Assembly: GCF_041956535.1 (NCBI RefSeq)
Contig: NW_027192220.1
Span: 133,037-183,852, forward strand
Length of the DNA stretch: 50,816 nt
From: Calcarisporiella thermophila CBS 279.70
Taxonomy: Eukaryota; Fungi; Calcarisporiellomycota
Direction of reading: 5' to 3'
The notes under the pieces are model-generated. The model had not been told where the DNA came from and searched no databases. It saw only the letters and a list, made by a program, of their open reading frames with translations. Positions within the stretch are counted from its first letter, which is position 1. Each line of letters starts with the position of its first letter. The translations under genes were made by a program, and so were the position numbers. Positions 36,892 to 46,415 of this stretch are shown here, in pieces.

Positions 36892-39683
36892 TTAGGCAAT
36901 ATCAATCGGCTCCTCCATTTTCATGGCGGCTATCATTTCTTCAGTCTCGATATTATTTTCCCTTAATACACCCGACTCTTTACCATCATGCTCTGATGAA
37001 TCTGCGTTCCCAGCTTCTACATATTCCTCCATAATCTGTGCCTTCTCCTCTTCATCACGACAAGACTCGTATGTATATACCTTAACTCTTCCATCTAAAA
37101 TAGGAGAGAATATATACATTATTAGTATAGAAGCACGTACGCATATATAGATACGAGCGTTGGTATTCGCCAATGATCGAAGCATTGTTCTGGTTTAGAA
37201 ACTTACCATCCCCACTGGTGAATAAGAGTGGCCGATACGGGTGGAAGATGACGTCTCGCACCTCCAAATCTTCGTGATCCTTCAGAATTGCTGTCACGTC
37301 CCCGCTCTTCAAATTATAGATGAACACCTGTCCTTGAATGGTGGGCGCAGCTAGATAACGTCCGTTGGACGCGATCTTCATGAGCCAGGAGTTTGCATAA
37401 TAACTGAAAAAAAATCGAAAAAAAAATCAAATAAGTAAATGGGGGTGAGAATTTCTTTTGCAACGGGTGAACTCACTCCGGATGCTTATACCGCATTAGT
37501 TCCTCTAGCTCAAACTTCCCTCCCAGCTCTGTTGGGTAAACAAGTTTATGTAATGTACATGTGTTGGGTGTGGATGCTAAAGTCAAAACAGGTCGTATTT
37601 GAATTAGCTTACACGAATTCTCGTCGGGCAGAAAATCCATTCACCTACATATTGTTCCATCTTCCAAGTCGCAGAGTTCTGCTCCTCTTGTCACGAAATA
37701 GGCGTGCCTGATACTCTCTTCGTTCGCGTCTGCGTCGGCGCCCACCTGATACTCGTCGTCAGCATCCAACCAGCGAATAAATTTACCGCAGTCACAGTAC
37801 GAGGAATAGATCTCGGGGAAAGTTTGCATAATCTTCATAAGTAGAAAGATAGGTTATGGCTACATTGAAAAGCAATAGTGCTACCACTATAGCGACTCAC
37901 ATGTGCCTCCTCAAAATCGAATAAACAAATGTTTTCATCACAAGCTGCCAAGAAATATTTGTTGCCCGTCCCGGGGACGAAAGAGACGGTGAAGGCCATG
38001 CATGTGTAGCCGTCCTCCATCTTAGTTGAGCTAATCAACGTACTGTTACGAAGCGAAAAAATGGAGCAATTAATTTAGAGTATAGGATTTATCGATGGGT
38101 AAATCACTTACGTCCAGTCGCTCTTAACATGCCATTTGATGATATACCCATCCTGGCTGGTACTGATATAATAGTGCTCTCCTTTGAATACCACGCTCTT
38201 CACGCAGAGAATTTCTTCTGCGTGCCCTTCAAGTTGCGCAATGACTGACCCGGTCTCCAAATCGAAAATCTACTCAGGAGTTTTCCTACTAAATAACTCT
38301 GCTTCTCCAAAAAAAAATCTCTTCATTAGTACCTTCAACGGACAAGGCATGATATGATTATCATCGTCTTCAGCCGACCACCGGTGCCGATCTTTAAGCT
38401 TTCCACCCACTACCAAGAGCTCTTGCTCTGGAGTGAAACGTCCAACAAAAAATTCGTCAATGTTTTTTTCCTAAAAACAAGAATTTTGAACAGGAATAGG
38501 GAAAATTGGGATCTTAGTTTTGAAATAAAAAAAATACGAATCAGACACTTACGTTAGTATCTCTTAATTTTCGTAATAGTTTGAAGTCATTTTCAATATC
38601 CCAGATTTTGCAAGATCCCATATTGCAAAATGTAGCTAACATAGTACCATCTGGAGACAAGACCATGCCGGTTATCGGAGCTGAAAAATAAAAGTATTGA
38701 AATCACTATTATGTCATTGATGGACTTGAAAAACATTCTAACCTTGGTCTTCAATTGCGACAGGAAGAGTGGTAAGAGGATTGTCTTCATTAATATAGTC
38801 GATCATGCCGTGATTACTGTCTGCATGGAATGTCCAGAAAGAGTCAGGGCTCTCCGCAGCCAATTCCCTAACAACCTCGGGATCATATTGAGGAGCTGTG
38901 ACAGTTTTTTTCCCCTTGGCTTTTGCCGTGTCTGCCACTTTTGGCTTTGCCTATTTCCAAGAAAAAAGATCTCGTTAAGGACTTTTCGCCACCAGAAGGC
39001 CATTCAATACTTACTACTCGCTTGACTTTTGTCGTTTTTTTCTCTTCGCCTTCGTCTTCTTCTTCGATCGATCATAAGGTTAGTCCACAGCCAACACTAG
39101 AAAGATGCAATTGCTTACCTTCATTAGCATCTGCATTTTTCTTTTTTCCTCTGCCTTTTGCCTTTCCTCGCCCTGTAGTTTTTGTTTTCTTCATATCCTC
39201 ATCGCCATCCTCCTCTTCCTCCCCTTCTTCCTTTACTGTAGCTTTCCCACGCCGCTTTCCTTTCGCTTTAGCATTTGCTACCGTAGTAGTTTTCCCGGTC
39301 TTCTTTCGTCCTCGGGGTTTAGCCCCATTCTCTTCATCGATCTCCAAAATAGCTTCTTCCTCCGCCTCAATGTCTAGTTTGTGATCCTCGTCATCCACGA
39401 AATCCTCCTCTGCAGAATCCTCGAGCATGCTCACCGATCGCCGTGGACGGGCAGAGCGGCGTGATTCTGATTTATTAGTACCAAACGTAGAAAGTGTAGT
39501 GTTGCGCCGATTCGAAGGCATGTCTTCCTCATTCATTCCATTTTGTACGCGTCTCTTACGCTGTTCAAAGGCAAGAGTTTCGAGGTCTATGTCATCCGTC
39601 TGAATTCCAACACTAATAAGATTGTCAATCGCAGGCGTGTCATTCTGCGCTGCGCCGTTGGCGACTTCCGAGTCGTGGTCCAT
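36892..39683 (-). CDS. WD40-repeat protein with long charged N-terminal region
   Basis: Spliced repeats: PITGMVLSPDGTMLATF..CKIWD, LEGHAEEILCVK, SQDGYIIKW, LKDHEDLEVRDVIFHPYRPLLFTSGD; the N-terminus is acidic/Lys-rich. Confidence 0.82.
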
Positions 39684-39977
39684 TATTTCTGTTTGGGCAG
39701 TTTGGCAATAGGAGAAAAACGCGAGTAAAAATAAAAAGAAATCGCGAACTTGGTCGCGTAATTAACTGCGCCACAAGTAGCTAGTGAGATTCAGGAGAGA
39801 AGATATGCTGAAAGGGGTTGGATCAAATATATATTATAATAAATATCCAGAATACAAAGCAATGAGAGGAAATAAAAGGGAAAAAAAACAACGGCAATGA
39901 AAATTGTCCGGTCATGAATAGTCTTTAGTTTTTGTTAATTTTCATTTTTTTTAATGAAAAACGATTATTATTATACA

Positions 39978-40940
39978 TTAATCTAAGCGCCTCCGTTTGG
40001 CAGGGTCGGATACTAAATCGGCGAGCCGCGAGTCTTTTTCCACGACAAGTGAGCGAAGCCAGGTGACTTCCATCTCCAACTCCTTAACACGTTGCTCTAG
40101 GCCTTCTGCCTTGGCTGTCATTTCACGTGCGGTCCGCTCCAGTGCTTGCTCACGCATCTTCTTCTTGACACGGAAGCGTGCACTAGCAGCGGTGTTTCGC
40201 CGGCGCTTATCCTCTTCGGCAGCAATTTTGGCTGCAGTTTCAGGATCCACGGATGCCCGGGATCCGTCGGGAGAGACAAGTTCCATAGTCGAGAGATCAA
40301 TGGTGGGGCGGGTGCGCTTTTGCCCAGAAGTCGCGTTAGTGTATCCATGGGCAGGTCGAGTCTGCGGTTCTGGGGAAGTGGGTGTAGACTGCGGGATGGA
40401 ATCTTGCAGGACGTTGGGAAGGGCAGTGAGAGGAGCGGGAAGAATGGCTGGGTATGAGGAACCTCCGCGGTTAGGAGCAACCCAAGAAGAAGAGGTTGTT
40501 TGCTGGACTGGGGCTTGCTGTGGACTAGGGATAAATGTGGATAAGGTCGCTAAAAAGTTTTGGCCATTCCCCGTGGTGTTTGTAAACCCATCATGCGATT
40601 CGAGAAGAGTCTTTTGATCATCTATTGCTGGGGCGTGTGCAGAGGCAAGATCTAATAATGAGAGGGAAGAAAGAGATATGGTTAACCGATATCAAAGGCA
40701 AAGAAATTAGAGTAGTAAAATGGACATACCGAAGTCAAGGAACTCTAGGATATCTTGTTTGAATTCTTCCTCGGCTACTTTAGTGGGCTTTTCATGTACA
40801 GCATTGTCGAATGTAAATTGTGCGTTGGTCCAAAGTGAGAGCTCACGCTCCAAATCCTGTTCTGACATGGTAGGGGAGTCGTCTGGAGACAAAATGTTGA
40901 GGTTTGATACAAGCGAGTAGGGGTTGCTGGGGTTTGTCAT
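39978..40940 (-). CDS. bZIP sulfur-regulon factor, MetR/Cys-3/Zip1 type
   Basis: Basic region EEDKRRRNTAASARFRVKKK..EQALE plus leucine zipper; N-terminal ELSLWTNAQFTFD motif; one coding intron ~40652-40728. Confidence 0.85.
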
Positions 40941-43900
40941 TGCAAAGTCTTCGATACAAATGGCAGTTTTTTGCTATCTTTGCATGACTAGGCTGAAATA
41001 ATTCAAGAGAAAGAATTGCCCAAAATCTGACGAACGCTGAAAAAAAAACATTTGGATTATTAATGTTGACCAATCAGTCTGTTTGTATTTACACGAGGAA
41101 AACAGATCCGCGATTGCCATATCAAGATTTTCCCATAGTGATAACTTGCACAACCCTAGGAATTCAGCAGGCTCTAACAGTTACACATTCCACTTCACCC
41201 CATCCATTTCAACTACGCTTTCTCCTAAACTACCTCGTTGAGCCATGGGCTCTCTCAACAGCAAGCGCACCCCAAAGGCCATGAGAATCCCATCCGCACA
41301 TTGAAGAGCACAAAGGAGATAGAAGCTTAGGGACTGTCCCCGCACGGATCTTTTCGCATCAGCTTAATCGTCCAAAATGGAATAGAGTATGGATGGTAAA
41401 TGCTTGATGGGTGGCTTGGACCACGGCATTTTAGTATAACTTTCTCTTATAGTTATTCTACACCTTGTTTTACAAATTGGTCTGATGATATAGGAGGGAT
41501 AAGAGATTATCCATCAAACCAAATATGTATAATGCAGATACAAAGACCTGGCCTGCTATGCTCTAGCGTCTTTTAAAATCTGTGCGCTAAGATCGAATAG
41601 ATAACAGATACCCACCGTCTTAAAAGCAAGGAAATCAACGGTTCATCTAAGAGCTAAAAATCGACCTAGCAAACCTGATTCACTCCAGAAATCTGAGTAG
41701 AATGTATTCAGCACCTCGGTGAGCATCCGATTGCATTCTACAAGTCCAGCTAATAGCGCCCAGAATACTGGTCATTTGAATAATCAAATCTCTCTCCGAA
41801 TCATAGGTACAACAAGGCCTCCATCCTTGAAATCCACCATTGATTCAGAATTCAGTCCTAACTTGTATTCATTCCCAATCGCTCACTTACGCAGGAAGAA
41901 ATTGGAACTAAGAAATTTCTTTGTTCGCTTCGCGTCATTTCAATTTTAAATGATTAAAATGATGGTGACGTTGCTATGAGATAGGAGCTGCCCCTATCTT
42001 TACTTATACTAGCCAGGGTCGAAAATGATCCGACTCATTACCCATCAATGCTTAACATGACAGACGTCCTTCATTTCTTCAAGCTGCTCAATACATATGA
42101 GAGGTTGAGAAATCGCAGCCTGTCCCTCAGCTGTTTTATTTAAGCTATAGCTTTGCGTCATCGACTTAGCAACCATAGCTTATATCAAAACTTTTCACTC
42201 TTAATCTTTAACAAAAAAATTGAGTGATGACTTTAATCAAAGCATTTGTAAGCTTGCTACAAATAACTCCAAACACTACTGATTACTTTATTAATCTAAT
42301 TGGTGGCAACTGGACACTCGAGGCCAACGCTATTATTTACTCGTCGGTATTAGGATATAACTTGAATTATGCTTGAACTCATACTTGTGGAAATACTCTC
42401 TTAAACTTGATGGTCCACAGCAAGAGTATCTGAGTTTTCTACTCTCATAGAACAAAAGAAAATTTCATTTAGCAATCAAGCTTGAGTCAACGAATAACAA
42501 TAAGTGTCAATCTTAAGTGTGTAATATGCATGCAATCATGCTTTTGAGGGGATATCATCAATTATATTCCACGGTAAAATACCAAAAAACTTGATCATAT
42601 CAATAATGAGATACTGGTCGATGAGCATTCCAGGATCGTGGGGTTTCCAAGCGTTTATAATGCTCGGGTGCGACTATGACATCCTGCCCGAAAATGAACG
42701 TCCCAAATTTTTGGCATTAATAAGACATTGATCAATATGAAATTTCCTCTTAAATTAGAGATTTAGCCTCGTTTAATTTCAGGAGGCATCGAATTTTGGT
42801 TAAGTTTCGGCCGTTATGCATATTTACAAAGTCTCATTTCAGTTGCGTTTCAAATGGACAACAATGGATAGCTGCGGCCTTCACCCAGTTGATAAGAAAC
42901 CTCTCGGAGTTATCCTGGTATATTTCGTATGGAAGTCTAACATACAATTAACCTTGCCGGGATCACCTCCAAAAACATTGAAGTAGTAATTAATCCGAGT
43001 TTTTTTATTATTTTCGTGGCTCCTTGCTATTATATTTATATTCATAACATGAATGATCTCGAATCGTGGCTACAATGGCAGTAGTGGCAGTTTTCTTCCG
43101 ATGCCCCTCACCCATGTTGGGATCTCGGCTTAGCGGTAATGAGACTGGAGGTATCCGTATAAGATCGATTATGTTAGTAAGCAAGTCGCTTTTGCATTCT
43201 GCATAAATTTACGCGGTTTAAACCTCTCCAAGTGTATAACTAAACAACTTAACAATTAACAATTGCATGAATTTGCAAGTGTTCTTGATCACCTGGAAAA
43301 TTTATCTTTTCAACAAGTTAGGAATGTAGGTTTACCTATTTGTATTTCTCGTGATACTAGAAAGATATAATCTACGGAATGATAGTGGTAACTAAACTGA
43401 ATATATAGTTTGGCACATGTAATCGAGAAAACCCCAATAAAATTCGTAAGAGATCACCGGGAAAGGTTTGAAAAATATGCACGTACTTTCTTATTAGAAG
43501 TCTCTTACATAATATTGGTCTTAGGAAAATTGATTCTATAAATAAGCTCCTCTCTTTCGAAATATATTTATTTGTAAGCACGCATTTTCTGCTTAACATA
43601 GATAGATTCAACTAGCAAGTCCTAAACGAAAATTATTAAATTCTAAATGGAAGCAAAAGTTGCGCGAAATCTTCTGGCCTCCATCCAGGCGAGTTAATAT
43701 GATTACGTTTTATAAAATAAAGAGAGTAAGTGGGCTCCCTCTTGTTCCCTAAATATTAGCTATATTTGAAGTTGATTGTATATAGTTTTAGCTTGGTAAA
43801 TTCAATTTGAAGCTAAATCGTAGGCAGTTCATGAAATCAAACCGGGAAATTTTGACTAGATAATTTTCATTTGTTGACTGAGAAAATGGGTAAAAGTGTA

Positions 43901-44332
43901 TAAGAGCAGAGAATTCCACCTTTACTTTTAGTGCTGTATTGTGAAAGAGCAAAAGGATATCAAAGTGGATTAGAGAAGTGGAGACAAACCAATCACAGCC
44001 AATAATTCTGACACGGTTAAAATGGACTCTCTTTGGGAATATATATAATGGGCTAAAGCATAATAGACATCAACTGCTAATTATGCCATTCATATCTACC
44101 CCTTGGATAACATGATATTAGAGAATTATTTGAATACGCATAAGACCTGAAACCTAATTCTGCCGCATGATGTTACAGACCACTGAAACCGGGTGTGTGT
44201 TCAATGGTGCTTCGGATCCAGGTCTCTCCACTTGTCACACTAGAAAGCCCTAAGGATGAATCAAGGGCAAACTAAGGATAAAGCTTGATTAACGCGAACA
44301 AATCTGACCGTTGTAATCGATCCAATTGCTCC

Positions 44333-45256
44333 CTATTAGTTAGTAGTTTTCTTCAATCAAGAAAAGGAGCCTTTTTAGATAAACCCCACGGTAACGACAG
44401 GAGAAACCTTGGTGAATTGTTTGATCTAATAAAATTTGAGTGACTATGTCCATGTTCACATTCACATTCGCGTTCGTGTTCGCATTTATTCGCACTGGAT
44501 TCATGTAGCTACGCGGGATGCAAAGAGTATAACATAGTTTCGTTAATCATACCTGAACAGACAAGGTTTCGAAACTAGAGGCGAGATCATCTCTTCTTGA
44601 TGATTCGCGATTAAGACAAATGACGAGCGGGGTGCAAGTTCTTAATATATTGAACAGCTTGCTTTATCGATTATCCTTTTTACGGTAGATAAAGCAAGCC
44701 TGTGAAAGGGTAAGCCATCTCCCTTTTTCACTTCCAGTTTGCGTTTGTTGAGCTTGAATCTTGGAAAAGAGGTCCAAGTTGTGGAATTAATAATTTAATA
44801 ATCGTTTGTTTGTTGCGCGACGAGCTTTGAGGGTTTCTTTATGTGGGGTGCAAGATTCTCGACTTTTTCGACTTTGGACTGAGGTACAGTCTCGGCTACT
44901 CGATACAACCATAAGTGCAGATTTCTCCGACTAGGCATATCCTATTGACGCTCAAAGAAATGTCAAACAACAACACATTCGGCAAACTCTGCGTTTTGAT
45001 TCAAAGGCCAGCCTTGCATAGGAGTACAGTGAAGCCCCTAAAAGATTTGATCTCTATGGGGAGTCAGTTTGGCCGAATCCATCCTCTCTTCGGATCTCTT
45101 TTGGATATGGAAAGAAATGGACTCCTTGTACCGGGGAAACCCTTCCTAGAAGCCGCATGTAGTATTCCGGCCAGCTAGTGCCCATTGCTACGCGATATGG
45201 GTTGGAATTAAGGAGGGTGGAGGGAGAGGCTGTAGCAATGGTTGTATACTTTTTTT
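44333..45256. ncRNA. Candidate structured non-coding RNA divergent from MED15
   Basis: Cluster of hairpins, a duplicated motif, no credible ORF, and minus-strand splice signals (CAG|GTATGA at 44552; TACTAAC..TAG at 44345-44333). Identity unknown. Confidence 0.35.
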
Positions 45257-45344
45257 ATCTCAGTCGTGCTTAATTGTTTGAACATATCTCCCGAAAATGA
45301 TCCTATCTGCGTCCAGTCATGAAATACGGCTCAAGTGTCATTCT

Positions 45345-45420
45345 CTTCCCGCCCAATGAAATTTGAATGGTAGTGTGGTGGCAATCTTCTCCATCAGTGA
45401 CGACGTCACCAGGGGGGAGG
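45345..45420. promoter_or_regulatory. Probable MED15 (possibly bidirectional) promoter core
   Basis: CCCGCCCAAT (GC/CCAAT-like) at ~45348 and GTGACGACGTCAC (CRE-like) at ~45397. Confidence 0.35.
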
Positions 45421-45817
45421 GTTTGCTCTTTGTCAACTGCGAACCTGTCCCGCTTTTTTTATTCCCTTCCAATTTTAAGTATCATTGAACAGTTCTAGCC
45501 ATTTTAATGTTGATGTGGTTTCATTGGCCTAGGCAAGAATAAGTCTTTTTCGCATGATACTTTTTCCCTTCCGTCTACTCTAAGTTATGCTAGATCTGTC
45601 TGGCCTACGCAATCTCTGCTGATATTTCTATTTTCTTTATTTTATTTTTTTCCCTCACCTTAATTTTTAAAAAAATACTCGCTTGATACAAAGTTGCCCC
45701 ATTGGATCTTGGTGCGAACGCCTCTTGAAGTTCTAAATTTATCTCTTTCATATCCCTGTCCTCTATCTTTGGCAGTATTCAAATCGACCGTGTTGATCAC
45801 AGAATAGTTTGCGCGAT

Positions 45818-46333
45818 ATGGCACAATCTATTGGGGGTGACTGGCGGGCCAATGTTCCGCAGGAGGAGCGCAATGAGGTTATCAATAAATTGTAAGTGCC
45901 ACTGTAAGGCGGCTGTATCATTGAAGCTAATTCATTAACTGCTCTCTCCTCTCTAGAATGAAAAATCTCTATAGCTGCATCCACGGTAGGTCGGATGATC
46001 AAATTCGCAATCTCGCAAGTAATATTGAAGAAAAGAGCTACTATGGGTCTTCTAGCAAGGTGATTCTCATATTAATCTAAATTCCGACCCTCTCCATGAA
46101 GAAATGAGTACTCATTTTTTCGTTATTAGGAGGAGTACTTGAAGCGCTGCCTTGTCTTATTTCAAGCTTTACGAACCCGTCTACATCAAGAGCAGCAACA
46201 GCAGCAGCAGGATCAGCCGAGACCTGCAATGCAACAGATTCCGCAACAACAAGGTTTTTCTGCTCAAAATCTCCTCAATCTCAATCCACAACTTCGATTT
46301 AATCCTGCAGCCATGGCTTCGGTATTGCAGCAA

Positions 46334-46364
<31 letters not shown>

Positions 46365-46378
46365 CTCCACAGCAACAG

Positions 46379-46415
<37 letters not shown>

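Noticed and set aside
39997-40617. 206-aa plus-strand ORF and similar long antisense ORFs (22839, 30443, 49315, 49397)
   Set aside because: They overlap well-supported genes on the other strand in GC-rich coding DNA and have no protein features.
43951-43959. ATATCCTTT (U12 AT-AC donor) on the minus strand
   Set aside because: No nearby TCCTTAAC/AC acceptor and no host exon.
44547-44890. TPP riboswitch or U1 snRNA-like fragments (GGGGTGC..CTGAG, ACCTGAACAG, ATACCTG)
   Set aside because: Elements are in the wrong order; the TAAT(A/G)C loop, ACTTACCT 5' end and Sm site are missing.
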